A DNA stretch of 64,000 bases from Chiloscyllium plagiosum. Its lineage: Eukaryota. Shown here one piece after another: positions 38,446 to 52,354 of the stretch. Location: assembly GCF_004010195.1 (NCBI RefSeq), contig NC_057720.1:22452197-22516196 (forward strand), written 5' to 3'. The notes beneath the pieces were generated by a model. It saw nothing but the letters and a program-made list of their open reading frames with translations. It did not search any database and was not told the DNA's origin. How positions within the stretch are numbered: the first letter of the stretch is position 1; each line of letters begins with the position of its first letter. A program made the position numbers and the translations under genes.

Positions 38446-39629
38446 TGATCACCAGTTACAAAAACTGCACAAGTTACAAAGTGTTTATTTTCTGGCTCGG
38501 ATGAGAGATGGCAATAATCCAGTCATGTTGATTTTAATAAAGCACCACAAGAAGATCTATTGACAGCATTTTTTTTTACGACATACATTATCAGCATTTG
38601 ACAAACCTTTCAACAGATTTGCACTCCCATTTATCACAAGTTGGATTTCATTTAGTTAATTCAAACAAAGGTGCTTAAATCTCTAATTTAGACCAAAGAG
38701 GCAATACCAACAGAATAATAAATCATTTCTTACAAATCTCTCCAGTAGCTTTGAGGCCACCGCTCATTAATCAAGTAGTGCATCAATGCCATAACATCTC
38801 CTCTGCTAAGAAGAATAAGACATTTAATTTTGATTTCAAACTTTTATTTAGGGGATACTTCCTGACCTAACCATTTGTCCTGAAGTTAAGAATGTCTGAT
38901 TTTCAAGACTCATTTCAAATGTGTTGAACTCTACACTGCATGATTAATTCTTGTAAATATTAGGATGCAGTGTACAGCACAGTACACTGAACCATTTAAA
39001 TTGCTAGATGAATTAATGTTTTTCTGTACACATCTTGACATAGAATACATAAAAAATAAGTCTCGATTTTAATTTGAAATTTTGACAGGATGGGGTCTTT
39101 TAAAGAACACACGTTATTGAAATGCTTTGAAGAAGCTTATTTTACAGAGCAGCATGGTTTTTAACTGGCTTACAACCTTATGTAAAAATTATAGCAATTC
39201 AAAATTAAATAAAATGATGATTTTACAATAGTGCTGTTTAAAATTTCTTGAATAGGTGCCAAGGATATAAAGCTTTCAGATATTCAGATATGACAAGAGA
39301 TCAAAACTACTACAGAACTGTGAGTCCAATGATGCAAAGCAACAAGGCTGTAACATTAAACGCTGACTTTGCTTCCACCTAATGGTCCACCTGTAATAAA
39401 CAAAATGATAGCAGAAACATGCATGTCCCCAAATCGTAATCACCATTAATTCCAAGTCTCTGCATTATGTGAGGTGACACTACATATTAAAGAAAAGAGG
39501 TGAATGACACCTTGTTTTCAAATATGCCCTTTAGCATTTCTGTCAGTTTTAAGTCAGAGATACAGAAACCTAATCATGCTATAGCCATTTAAAAGAAAAA
39601 TGTTTTTTTTAATGCAATGTTTCAAGGTT

Positions 39630-39835
39630 GTCAAGACACTATGGATGCTTGTTGGTCAATAAAGTATTTAAGACAGAAAATTTGCACACAGCAAGCTTCC
39701 ATACACCACAGTGAAATAATTGACCAGGTAATTTGCTTTTGGAGTTGATCGAGGGTAAACGTTGCCCTGGATACTTGGAAGAACCCTCCTGTTCTTCTTT
39801 GAGAGAATGCATTTCCCATCAACCTGAAAAGGTCA
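39630..39835 (-). mobile_element. DeuSINE fragment
   Basis: aatttgcacacagcaagcttcc...gagggtaaacgttgccctggatac is the reverse complement of the Deu domain. Confidence 0.6.
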
Positions 39836-40944
39836 GGCAGGCATTACTTTGTAATTGAATCAAAAAAGGAAGCATTTTACAGTTGTCTGAAGTGGGCACA
39901 GAAGTATGCATTCCCAGCTGGGAGCGGCCAGCAAGGCTGGAGTATAGGTCTTCAGTACATATGCCTGTAACTGGCATCAGTCCCTCTGCAAATGTAAACA
40001 GGGCACCTTGCATCTTTCACCAACAGCCTTAAAGAAATCAGTAGCAAAACACTTGTCTTCAGAGCAACCTGGTTTACGTTTGCCTAAACTAATAATCTGT
40101 AGAGACACCTTCACCAAAATGTAGAAATATAGAAATAAACAATGAGCTAATTGTGGAGCTGGGAGAAGCAGGACTGGTCATCCAGCCACACTGCTAACAT
40201 TGAATACCTTAGCCATCCCTCAACCCCCCAGAATTGTACGGTAAAGATTGTTTTGAGAATTCTGCATTAGAAACACATTTCAGAGAGTTAGTAGAACAGA
40301 AGAAAGAGAGGTAAAGTATGAACGTATATGGTTTTGATAACAAGATAATTGGAAGGTGGAGTTTAGATCAGAGTGGTGCTGGAAAAGCACACCAGGTTTC
40401 CAGCATCTGCAGACCTCACCTTTGCCTAATTGAAAGGTAGAGACATTCTTGTATCAAGTATAACACAAAAGTAGATTACAGAGTATGAGGGTTTTTTATC
40501 ACAGAAATCATCGTTTTAATCAAAATTATCAACAGAAAAAGCTTCACCCATAATATTTCTTCAGGTGACCTTGGAAATAACTGCTTTTAATAAAAGCTGC
40601 AGATGTACAAGAAACCAAATTGATTGAATATATTCACAAATGAAGTCAATTAAATGATTTTGCAAAGTGGAAATCAACATATCACTCTGACACATCTAAT
40701 CTGTAAATGCCTAGATGTTAGGAACCTGCAGTAATGACAAGATTTTCTTTATAGACACATTCTAAGTACATTAGAAAAACACGCCAAGCACCTGGAGCAC
40801 TGAAAGAAACAAAATAGTAAACTATTCAGCAGTAAAAAGTCTTTACTGGATATTGAGATAGAGTGCAGATCTGAAATAAACTTGGAAGACAATTGAAAAT
40901 ACTCTTCATATAAAATTGTTAGTGTGACCTGCTGCTTTTGTTCA

Positions 40945-41250
40945 AATTAGAAGCTTGAGCAGGAACAGGTCATTTGGTCCCTCCAACCTGCTCTGTCATC
41001 CAGTAAGATGATGACTGTCATCTTAACTCTACTTTCCTGCCCTTCCCCTTCTCCCCACTCCCTCACATAGCCTTGAACTTCCGTATTAATCAGAAATCTG
41101 TCCAGCTCATCCTTGAATACACTCAATAATCCAACTTCCACTGTGGGCTCTGGAATATCGAATTCCAAATATAAACAACCCCCTCAGAGAAGAATTCCCC
41201 TTGCATCTACAGCTTAAATTGGAGAACCCTTATTTTTAAACTTTGCCTCT
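40945..41250 (-). mobile_element. Old CR1-like 3' end
   Basis: Peptide VEVGLLSVFKDELDRFL plus a CR1-like 3' UTR. Confidence 0.7.
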
Positions 41251-41409
41251 TGATTCCCTGAGTTGGCCGTGTCAGCAATAGGGAACTATAGGCTGTCCAA
41301 GCTCACAAATATTTCAACGCTTCAGTATATTCACTTTCTTTACAGAGATTGGGATCCCACATATGAATGTTGATAGCTTTTGGTAAATGAGCCATGTTAC
41401 AAGCTTTGC

Positions 41410-41620
41410 AAGTCTGACAGCATTTGTGGAGAGAAAGCTGAGTTAACATTTCGAGTCCGGTGACTCTTTAACAGAATTAGAGAACCTGAAGAGTCACAAG
41501 ACATGAAACATTAACTCTACTTTTTTTTTGCTGCAGATGCTGCCAGATCTGCTGAGTTCTGCCTGCAACTTCTGTTTTTATTTCAGATCTCCAGCATCTG
41601 CAGCTATTTGCAGTATTTTC
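41410..41620. mobile_element. Penelope-like inverted remnant
   Basis: gagttaacatttcgagtc... is mirrored by CTGAAGAGTC-ACAA-GAC-ATGAAAC-attaactc and cagatgctgccagatctgctgag. Confidence 0.65.
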
Positions 41621-41781
41621 GTATTTGAGGCTTGACTGATTATCTTAAAGTTACATCAACAACCAATTCAAGACACAATTGCTTTAATAATTGAATTGAG
41701 CAAGTTCCCAATGACACTGATTAGGTTAGTCTTCCAATAGTTCTGTGTTCTGTCTCCCTCCTCTCTTAAAACTGACTTTTA

Positions 41782-42052
41782 GGTCCCTCTTGTGGCACAG
41801 TGGTAGTGTCCCTACACCTGGATCAGGAGACCTGGGTTCAAGTCCAACCTGCTCCAGAGGTGTGTAATAATATCTCTGAATAGGTTGATTAGAAAAATAG
41901 TTTAAAAAAAAAGATTTGTTTGGGCCCCTTTGTGCCACAGTGGTAGCTTTCCTATTCCAAGCCAGGGAGGGCTGGGTTGAAGTCCCACTTGCTCCAGAGG
42001 TGTGTAATACAATCTCTAAACAGGTAATTAGAAAAATAGGTTAAATAAAAAA
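41782..42052 (+). mobile_element. Tandem pair of short tRNA-derived, A-tailed SINEs
   Basis: Two ~130-bp units with A box (tggcacagtgg), B box (ggttcaagtcc / ggttgaagtcc), shared gctccagaggtgtgtaata and A-rich ends. Confidence 0.75.
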
Positions 42053-42849
42053 CAGTCTTCCAATCAACAATGACATTCCCAGAATCTCGGAAATTTTGGA
42101 AGATTACAACCATTCACACTCTCTGTTGCTAATTGTTTTTAAAGCATAAGGATGCTACCTATCAGGCATAAGTACCTTATTCTCAATTTTCGCCACATTA
42201 ACATATTGTCAGGAGAAGTGGCTCAGCCAATCAACCCATTCCTGAGTTGCATATCCATAAATTTGTGCAATGTCCTTGTAAATCTCCTCTGCACCTTCTT
42301 GAGTCGCTCTATTCTTTTCATCATATGTCAACCAGAACTGCATGAAGTATTTTGCCAATATCTGATTTTGCATAGAGATTTAGCATAACTTTCTGACTTT
42401 TTAATTCTATTCCACTAGAAATACAGCCTGCTGCTTTTTTTATATATCAAGTATTGTTAACTACTGCTGCACTTTGGGTCCTATTGTTTTATGCTGTCTT
42501 AAGTAACCATGCTCATTGATTGTTAATTTAAAATATTAAAATGCCTTTCCAAAGATTTATTTCAAAAGATTCACTAATTAATTAAAGTGCATATTAATGA
42601 TCAAAGCTAGGTAATATTCAGACACAGCATGTTCAGAGTGCTGATGTGCTCTTGTGTAACACAACAAAACAAGCAGCAGTGAAAGACTGAGACCAGGCTT
42701 CATATCACAAGAAAGTGGGCCTCCATTGTGGCAAACATGGAAATTCTAAGTCCCAGCCCTGAACTGGACTTTTCTCATTGTCGCCACAGTAGGACTGGGG
42801 GTAGACTGTAGCTCAGGCATGTGTGGTCCCCAGAAGCAGCTGGCCTTTT

Positions 42850-44300
42850 TAAAACAAAATAAAATTACTCATGGGATGTGGCCTTCTTTGGCTGGCCAAT
42901 CCCTGGTTTCCTCTGAGAATGTGCCATCTTGAACCACTGAAATCCACTTGGTACAGGTACACCCACAATGCTGTTAGGGAGGGAAGTCCAGGGACAGTGG
43001 TCAGAATAGTGAGTGGCTTGGAGCAGATAAATTGCCCGTGTTCTTCTAAATAGTAGTGATCATGGGTTTGTAAGGTGCTATTGGAAGAATCTTGATAAGT
43101 TCCTGTCGTGCATATTCTCAATGGTACAAACTACTGCCAATGATTGTTGGTGCTGGACGGCAGAATATTTGTGAATGTGGTGCCAATCAAAGAGACTGTT
43201 TTGTCTTGGATGATGTCAAGTTTCTTGATGCTTTTGGAGCTGTATTCTTTCAAGTAAGTATGGAGTATTCCATCACAACCCTGAATTGTGCTTTGATAGT
43301 GGCTTTGACAGGGGAGTTGATTTGGGGAGTCAAGAAGTAAGATACTCACTGCAGGATTCCTAGCTTCTGACTTGCTCTTTGAGCCACAGTATTTACATGA
43401 TTCATCCAGTTCAGTTACTGGCTAATGTTAACCACCAGATTCTCTTGTTGGAGATGCCATAGTCTGGCACTTATGCAGCATGAATGTTACTTGCCACTTG
43501 TCAGTCCAAACCTGGGTATTGTTCAGGTCTTGCTGCATTTGGACAGAGACTGCTTCACTATCTGAGGAGTCGTGAATGGTGTTGAACACTTCTGACTTTA
43601 TGACGGAGGGCCGGTCATTGATAAAACAACTAAAGATAGTTGGGCCAAGGACACTACCCTGAGGAACTCCTGAAGAGATGCCCTGGAGCTAAGATAATTG
43701 GACTCAAGCCGTCACAACCATCTTCATTTCTGACTGGTATGACTCCAACTTGTGGAGAGTTTTCCCCATAATTCCTATTCATTCTACTTTTGCTCAGACT
43801 CTTTGATGACATAGTTGGTCAAATATGGCCTTGATGTCAAGGGCAGCCACTCTTACCTCCCCTCTGGAGTTCCAGTTGTCTTTGAACCTGGGCGGTAGGA
43901 GGTCAGGAGCTGGTTGACCCTTGTGAACCTCAACTTCAGTGAGCTGTTTATTGCTGAACAGCCGCTGCTTGGTAGCATCATTGATGACCCCTTCCATCAT
44001 TTTGTTGATGATCGAGAGTACACTGATAGAATGGTAATTGCCTGGATTGGATTTGTCATTTTTAATTAAGTTCAGGGTATTTGTGGGCAACTTTCCACAT
44101 GGTTGGATAGATATCAGTGATGTAGCTGTACCAGAACAGACTGACATGGGGTGCAACCAATTCTGGAGTACTTATCTTGAGTACTATTTCTGGAATGTTG
44201 TCAGGGCCCATTGCCTTTTCAATATTTCATGTCTCCAACAGTTTCTTGATATCACATGGAGCGAATTCAATTGGCTGAAGACTGGGTACCTCTGGACAAA
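42850..44300 (-). mobile_element. Old LINE 3' part (CR1/L2 group, distinct from HER1)
   Basis: KSNPGNYHSISVLSIINKMMEGVIN and ALDIKAIFD RT motifs. Its 3' tail is shared with SINEs at 48955 and 51865. Confidence 0.8.
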
Positions 44301-44319
44301 ACTAAGATGAATTATCCAT

Positions 44320-45125
44320 TCATTTCTGGAATGCCATCCTTTATTGGCAAGAGGTTTAGAATACAAAACTAGGGACAGAATGATGAAACTGCATAAGACA
44401 GGTGAGGCTACAATTGGAGCATTATGTGCAGTTCTGGTCACCGCATTACAGGAAGGATGTAATTGCTCTGGAGAGAGCATTGGGAAGATTTATGATAATG
44501 TGGCCAGGACTGAGGAATCATAGCTATGAGTAGAGATTGGAAAGGTTGGGGTTGTTTCCTGTGGAACAGAGAAGGCTGAGGGGTGACATGATTGAGGGAA
44601 ACAACATTGTGAAGGGTAGACAGGTGGAAGTTGTTTTCCTTGGCAGAGAGTTCAAAAACCAGGGGTCATAGATTACATAAAGAAGGATTAGGGGGATGTT
44701 CTTCCAATACTTTCACAACATTCAGCACCATTCATGATTTCTCAGATACTCAAGCAGTCTATGTCCAAATGCAGCAAACCTGAACAATATCCAGGCTTGA
44801 ACCAACAAGTGGCAAGTAACATTCACGCTGTACAAGTGCCAGGCTAAGACCATCTCTGACAAGAGGGGATGTGAGGAGAAACTCTTTTACACAGAGGGTG
44901 GTGGGCGCCCAGAATTCACTGCTGAGTTTGTGGTGGAGACAGAGAACCTAAACTCTTCTAAAAAGTATCTGGATCTGCTCTTTAAGTGCTGTAAGATGCA
45001 GAGTTATGGACCGTGAGCAGGAAGATGGGAATAGACAGAGCATCTGGGCATCTTCGGGTCAGCATGGTCAAGAAGGGCCAGATGGCGCCTTTCTGTGCTG
45101 TATCATTTCTGTGGTTCTATGGTTC
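44320..45125 (+). mobile_element. CR1 3' fragment carrying a 165-bp foreign insert
   Basis: tgtgcagttctggtcaccgcattacaggaaggatg, ttttacacagagggtggt and a ttctatggtt tail. Confidence 0.8.
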
Positions 45126-45321
45126 AATTGGATCTGTTGGTGTGGAGAGGGAAGGGCAAGGTGTCGTCTGTAGGGGTATGCCTTAGCATGAGCTGGCACT
45201 GAGTTAGCATAGAGGTTATAGGGGCCCTGGGCATGATTGGGGGCAAAAGAATATCAGGGCCCCGGATGTGGTTACAATAGTATCATGATAGCTATGAGGG
45301 GATATGAGGGTAGGTAGATAG

Positions 45322-45977
45322 TGTTATGGGCCAGACCCAACTCTCCTCAAAATATATAAAGAAAGTAGCCTAGACCCTAACTTTTCCTTATTTTACAGGA
45401 AAATGTAAATGTGAAGTTTTGCATTCCAGGCGCAATTCAATTGATCAAACTACTCAATGTCAAGAAAAACACAATTTATTCTTTCACTACAGTAAAAATA
45501 TAACAAAAGAAAAAAGAAAAGAATTGACTAAGCTGACACTCTATTGAAATGCTTAACAAAACATTAGATTATTTAGCTACTAAACTGTAACTGTTCCAAC
45601 ATTGTAACATCCCATAAAGGCATCCTTGGCAAAAGGAAAATTCAGAAGATAGATTGATTTACATGCAACTCCAACAGCCCAGGAGGGAAAATCATCAAGA
45701 GAAAACTCAGAAAGAATGTAGCAGGAGAGATGTACTGCTGCAACAAACCCAGCAACAACTGCTACTGAAAAAGTAAGAAACTAAAAATCCTGTTTCTGTG
45801 AGAGATTGAGCACACCATTCAGGCTGTTTCTATTATTCCAACTTTAGAAACAAAACCCAAGGCCTCACAAGCTGTTTATTTTATTGGCTTTCCAAATAAA
45901 CAGCTCCACACTGCAGTCTTAAATTCTCACATTCAAAAAAAGAACAAAATAGAACTGAAAGCCACATTATTATCACA
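45322..45977 (-). mobile_element. Putative solo LTR
   Basis: TGTTAT...ATCACA termini and an abrupt composition change. No TSD found. Confidence 0.4.
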
Positions 45978-46625
45978 AGGGGCACAGGTTGGCATGAAAG
46001 GTGCGCAGACTATTGGGATGGTTGACATGGGTGAAGCATGAAGAGAGGGACAAGAGGATGAGAGCAGAAGAGGTATTTTATGTTTTAATCTTTATCTTTC
46101 AACACTTGAATATGACACTAGTGTCCCAACGCTAATTTCTGCATAAACCAGCTCAGGAGGTAACACCCTTCATTCTTCCTGGGTCACCTGGCTAACTCTT
46201 AGCCCAGTCCATACCCAAAACCTGACAAAAATGGGGTTTGTGGGTGCCTACATTTGAAGGTTATCTTTGTAGAGGCTGGATTTCTCCCACCTCTGTGCAC
46301 TTGATACAGGAATGAAATTCAAGGCCTGAGCTTTCACAATGCAGGCTGTTTGAACCATTACACCTGGACTTGATCTTATATAAGTATGGAACTATCGCAC
46401 ATACACCAAATATTTTGTGAGTAAGACTTCATTGACTTACTTATTGAGTCAAATTTTTACTAAATGGCTTTAAACAGTTGAATCCTAATTCAAAATAATG
46501 AACAGTTAAAAGAAAAAGTAAATTGCACATGTATGTACTGAAAACTATATATATGTTATTTAAACTGAAAGTGTATTCCACATTGTTAAAGAAGGTAGAA
46601 GCATCAATACAGATGGTGGACTAAC

Positions 46626-46713
46626 CTATACCAATGAAGACTGCTTCATATCCATCTCGTTTCAATGTGTCCAACGTCATTCCTTCAATTCCCAAACCTT
46701 TGCCAAAGACAAT
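46626..46713 (-). CDS. DPYD: DPYD coding exon equivalent to exon 8 (88 bp)
   Basis: IVFGKGLGIEGMTLDTLKRDGYEAVFIGI(G). Acceptor ctgttag, donor TAG|gttagt. Confidence 0.96.
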
Positions 46714-47029
46714 CTAACAGGATCATAAAACAAAAATGATTATCTGCTTTTGCATTTACACTTACTAGTTATTTAAGTAAAGAAACAGACCTTGATATAA
46801 ACCCTTAAATAAAGGCAAAAATCTGCAGACGCTAGCAATCTGCATAAACAAAGAGAATGCTGGAGAAACTCGGCAGGTCTGGCAGCATCTGTGGAGACAG
46901 AAATAGACATTTTCAGTCTGGCATGACTTCTTCTGCCTGCTGAGTATACCCAGTATTGTTTTGCGTTTATTTCATGATGGAAACACTGTGACTCCAATAG
47001 CACATCAGAGGCTGGGAATTCTATGGCGT

Positions 47030-47570
47030 GTAACTCATCTCTTTCCTTCCTAAAGTCCAGTCACAAATCAGGATTGCAATACAGTACTCTCCATTTGCTT
47101 GGATACGGCAAATACTCAGAAACTTCAACACTATCCAGCACATAGCAGCTTGCTTGATTGACACCCTATCTAGTATCTTCAATACTCCATCCCACTGATA
47201 CACTGACAGCAGGTATGTACCAACTACAAGACAACACTGCAGTAACTCAGCAAGACTCCTTAAGTAATACCTTCCACCAACTCTATCATTGAGGAGATAC
47301 GGGCTGCAAGTACAGAGGAAAACTACCACCTGGAAGATCCAATCCAAGCCACACAATATCCCGATTTGGAACTATGTTACTTTTCCTTCACTGTCTCTGG
47401 CTCAAAATCCTGGATCTTGCTGTTTATCAGAACAATCAGTGCACCAACACCACATGGACTGTAGCAGTTCAATACTGCAACTCACCATTACTTTTCCTAG
47501 GGTAGTAGGGATGGGAAATGAATGCTGGCACAGTCATCAATGCCCACATCTTATGAACAAATACTTTGAA
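47030..47570 (+). mobile_element. 3' fragment of the same LINE family as 42850
   Basis: Inverse match to 42850-43350 (caacactatccagcacatagcag, gcccacatcttatgaa tail). Confidence 0.75.
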
Positions 47571-48261
47571 AGAATAATTTACCACACAACAACCTTTTCT
47601 GAAATTAGACGTCATTATTTCCTTAAAAATGTTTAAACTGTCAGCTACAATTAAAAGAAATGTAGAATTCATTAATGCAATAAATAAATGTAAGAACTTT
47701 TTTTTAACTCTAAAACATACTGAGAGAATATTGACCTGCTATGGAAATAGGCACTCATTTTGAGATCTGTTGTGAAAAGATCATAGCTGTGATTTTATTT
47801 TATACAAGCTTTAGCTATAAAATCACATTTGGATCATCACCTGGTCACTTGAGTAAAAGAAAACTGATATTTAAAAATATTAAATTCAGTTACTTTCTTA
47901 CTCATTTTTAATATGTAAAATATAAAACTAAGCTACAAACGCAGCTCAGTTAAAAGAAAACAATTTTTAATTAATTATGCTGAATATGTTCAACATTTTA
48001 GGAAATTGTTCCTTTCAGATAATTAATCACATGCTGCCAAATAAAGACAGAACTATTGATTGCCCTTTCCTGTACTGGTGGCATTCAAACCGCAGACAGA
48101 CAAATGCTCCAAACTAAATCAGGTATCCTTTCCAATGTGACAATTCTGTGATTTTTAATTGTGCTTTGCTAATGTATGTGACATTTCACTGTTAATCTTC
48201 AGTGAATTTCAGGCCATTCCTGATGCTCTTTGCGTGTAAGATAATTGTGTTATTCCATTAC

Positions 48262-48343
48262 CTTCACACCAAGGTCTTTCATCAGCTTGATCTCAAACTT
48301 GACAACATCATAAGGCAATCTGAATTGAGGTATCTCAGATGTG
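48262..48343 (-). CDS. DPYD: DPYD coding exon equivalent to exon 7 (82 bp)
   Basis: (S)[27 protein letters not shown]. Acceptor ttttgtag, donor AAG|gtaatg. Phase joins exon 6 (AG+C = Ser). Confidence 0.97.
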
Positions 48344-48954
48344 CTACAAAAAAACAAGGAAAGACTGTTTCATTTTTTTTTGGTTCCCGCAAAATGCTTT
48401 TTTTCAAAAGTAAATCTACATTTATATTACATTCCTGTTTCTTAAAATTAAAACAGCGTCGTAGTTGTCAAGAAAGAATGACAGTTTATGATAATTTCAC
48501 AATTTGATTTAAAATCTCATAAACTAAAAGAACCTTTCATTTTAAGTTGATTATGATGCATCAATTATGTAAAAATACATTTAATGTTAGTGATTTTTTG
48601 AGATTTAATGTATTTAAAGTCTGTGCCTTAGTCATAACCTTTTGTAAATTGGTGGCTTAATTTTTAGATTTTGTACTACTTACAAGCAGCAAAGTCTGAA
48701 ATAAAAACAAAAAAAATGTGGTGGAAAATACTCAGTATATCCAGAAGCATCTGTGGGGAGTAACAGGAGTAACATTTGCTACACCATCAGAATTGAAAGA
48801 AAAATAGAATTGTATTTGCTTTTAAGCCAATAGAATGGATGTTCCTTTCCCCTGATTCCTTCCATTGGTTTAAAAACTTTTACACTTTGATTCTTCATTT
48901 TGGTCTGGTGAAACACTGGCCAGGATTTTATCACTGGAATTTGGCACTGCTGCC

Positions 48955-49325
48955 TGTTTATTCTTTCATGGGATATGAGCATCACTGGAAAGTCCAGCGT
49001 TTGTTGCCTATCCCTGATTTGCCTATCCTTACTCAGTCATTTCAGAGGGTAGTTAAAAATCAACAACACTCCTAAGGGCCTGAAGTCAGATGTAGACTAG
49101 ACCAGGTAAGAGTGGCAGATTTCCTTACATAAAACAGAATGAACCAAATGGGTTTCTACCATAAATCGATGATAGCAATTTTGGTCACCATTTCTAAGAA
49201 TAGCATTTTATTCCTGATTTTATTAATTGAATTTAAATTCCATAATTAAATTCAGACATATGTACCTCAAGCATTAACCCAAGCTTCTGAAAGACTGGCC
49301 TGGTGGCATTACCAGTATGCCACAA
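48955..49325 (-). mobile_element. tRNA-derived SINE (family also at about 49900-50260 and 51865-52215)
   Basis: agaccaggtaagagtggcagatttcctt core and a LINE-like tail. Confidence 0.7.
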
Positions 49326-51864
49326 ACCCAGGCACACAGAAAATCCAGGTGATGATATCAGATCACAGACATCACGCTGGAAATATTCAGCATCAGGTAG
49401 CATGTGGGGAAAGAAAGAGTTAGCATGTCAGGTCATCATGGCCTTTCATCATGTAGTAGTCTAATAGGCAATGTAATTGGCACCCTGACCGCCATTTAAA
49501 AAAGAATGGGCAATTGAGCTTGTTAACAATTGATCCAAATAGTGTGTTGTCAAGGCCATTATGTAGTTGATGGGGAAGGCAGGCTGTGGTTTTTCTCCAA
49601 ACGGTGAAAAAGCATGAAAGAAGAAGAGGCACCTCCTTTAGGAAGCACTCCGCTCCAAGATGGAATCTGGACCCACAGGATGTGCCATGTCTGGACTCCA
49701 ACATCTGACAGTTGTCCAATCCATTCTTGTCCAAATTTCCTGAACGTAGCTGAATCCAGAATCCACTGACCTCTCCATCTGCTAATAACTTTATCAGCTG
49801 CCACTACAGAATTCTGGAACTGTTGGTACTGCAACCAATGGCAGCTAATCAGATTAGGAGAGCATTTGTAAAATATCATTACACAAGATGTGAGCATCAG
49901 TATCAAGACCAGTATTTGGTGCATATCCTTAGTCGTCTTCTTACTGAGTAGCTTGCTAAACCATTTCAGAAGCCAGCAGGAGTTAACCACATTACTGAGG
50001 CTTGCATTCAGATACAGGCCAGATGAGGTAATGGCAGACTTCCTTCCCAAAAGAACATTATTGATGTAGATGGGCTTTAATTAAAATCAACAATAGTCAC
50101 CGGGTCACTACTAAAACTTGCTTTTTGTTGAAGGTATCTATATATTCTCACTGACTTCAAATTTCACAATCTGCCATAGTGGGATTTAAGCACATGTCCA
50201 CAGTATATTGCTTGAGACAAAATATTATCAGTTTAGTGACATTACCATGATGCCACCACCTCCTCTAAATTTCCTACAACTGAGGGGCAGAGACCCTCAC
50301 TGAACCCTTCAAGGCCACAAGATGCACAGTATCACATTTTGTTAAAAACTCAGGTAGGTCGGACTGACATTGCTAACCATTGAATCATTGCATTTTACAG
50401 CACAGAAGGAGGTCAAGCAGCTTATTGTGTCAATTCAGGCTCTTTGAAAGAGTTATTTAATTAGTCCCAGTCCCACACTCTTTCTCTAGTACCCTGCCAT
50501 GTTTTTCTTCTCCAGTAATTATTCTTTCTAATTAATTTTTGTTTGCTTTCACCTCCCTTTCAGACAGTGCATTCTAGATCGAAGTAACTCACTGCCTGAA
50601 AAAAACTTCCCTCACTTATTTGCAAAGTACCTTAAGGCTGCATCCTCTGCTTACTGGCCCATCTGTTAGTTTAGGCATCAAATACTTCAAAGTCAGATAG
50701 AGCAAGGTAGCTGTAAAATCAAACCTTTTCAACCATGGCATGCCTGAGTTTCGACATCAAATAAGCACCAGTTTAAAATTCTTTCCATTTTACTCACTGA
50801 ATGCATCATCAGTGATGAGTAATCAAATTATGGTTATTCATAGCATGGCATAATAGCACAATTCCAGACAACTAAGATATTGTTAGTATGTTATGTGATT
50901 GTAGTAACACATGGTTTAATACAATGGGCTTTTTTGTTTAGAGTTTTAGTTAGAGAACTAACTTATTTTAGATAAACTATTACTTTGGTACATGTGAGAA
51001 TATTATACATCTGTTAAACAATACTGAATTCCAAAGGATCATTAGCAGAATTAAACCTTAAAGTACAGTATGTAAAACATATGCATTACATAGATTTGAG
51101 TTGAAATGCATTGAGTACGTTGCTGCACAATAACCTAGTGTTAACCTGTAGGATGAGACCATTTTTAAACACTATGGAATGGAGATTACTGCATATCTGC
51201 AGTTATATTTAGCTTTATTCTATTTTATTGAGTTGTTGATGAAAAGGCAATATCAGATCAGCCAGTTTGTACAAAAATTGTACATCATGAAACTTTATGA
51301 TTGATCAATGAATAGTACAAATGACACCATGAAGTGGAAAAAACAAATTAATTATCTGTTGATGGACTACCTCCCCATTCCCAATTGAGGGAAGACATTT
51401 TCTTTTCCCAGGATAAGACAACTGAATTCTTGTGAGCACCATTTCAAGATCTACCAGAATCCCAAATGCAAAAAGTACATCTGGACCTTCATTTGCTAAA
51501 TGATTCACAACTCCTGGTACAACATTTTGGTTCACCACTGGTATGAGACAAAGGCTACAAAATGTGACTCCTTAATGCAGCTAGGATTGCCAGTGTAGAC
51601 ACCAAAATGGTAACTATGCCATTGATGCTTACTTCTGCTGCAAGCCATGCCAGGCACTATTTTCATCAATGTGCTTACTGTGTGCGAAAGGAGCATTTTC
51701 TAGACAAATGCAGGGGTAATTTGTTACATCAATCAATGCCAGCTGTGCAATTTTGGAGCTCAACACCTCCTACAGAGTATACACAACTGAATATATACTC
51801 AGTTGCAGGGGACCACCAGCCTGCTAACCCTTCCCTAACCAGCTCAATTTAAATGGATGAGCAA

Positions 51865-52215
51865 CTTTTTTTTATTCCTTCATAGGAATGACAGCATCAC
51901 TGGTTAGGTAGCATTTATTGCCTGTCCCTAATTGCCCAGAGGGATGTTAAAAGTCAACCACATGGCTATGGGTCTGCAGTCACATGTAGGCCAGACCAGG
52001 TAAGGATGGCAATTTCCCTTCCATAAAGGACATTCGTGAACCAGATGGGTTTTTTCAACAATTGACAATGGATTCATGGTCATCATTAGATTCTTAACTC
52101 CAGATATTTATTGAATTCAAATTTCAATATCTGCAATAGTGGGATTCAAACCCAGGTCCCCAGGACGTTACCTGGATCAACAGTCCAGTGATAGTACCAC
52201 TAGGCCATCACCTTC
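51865..52215 (-). mobile_element. tRNA-derived SINE, best copy of this family
   Basis: Minus-strand A box tggcctagtgg, B box ggtttgaatcc, core ggtctggcctacatgtgactgcagaccc and an A-rich tail. Confidence 0.8.
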
Positions 52216-52354
52216 ACTCCTTACCAATTTGTTGCTATTTGCTTTTTATTGGCTCTTGCTGCAAATTCAGACATCACGGCTCCTTGAGAGTTAGCTTGGT
52301 CTATATAGAGTGATCTGTTGTGGAAAGTGCTAAAGGATCAGAGTTCAAATACGC

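Noticed and set aside
39300..39400. Possible cryptic minus-strand exon (acceptor tttattacag at 39391)
   Set aside because: No convincing donor and no DPYD homology. Exons 8 and 9 already join in frame.
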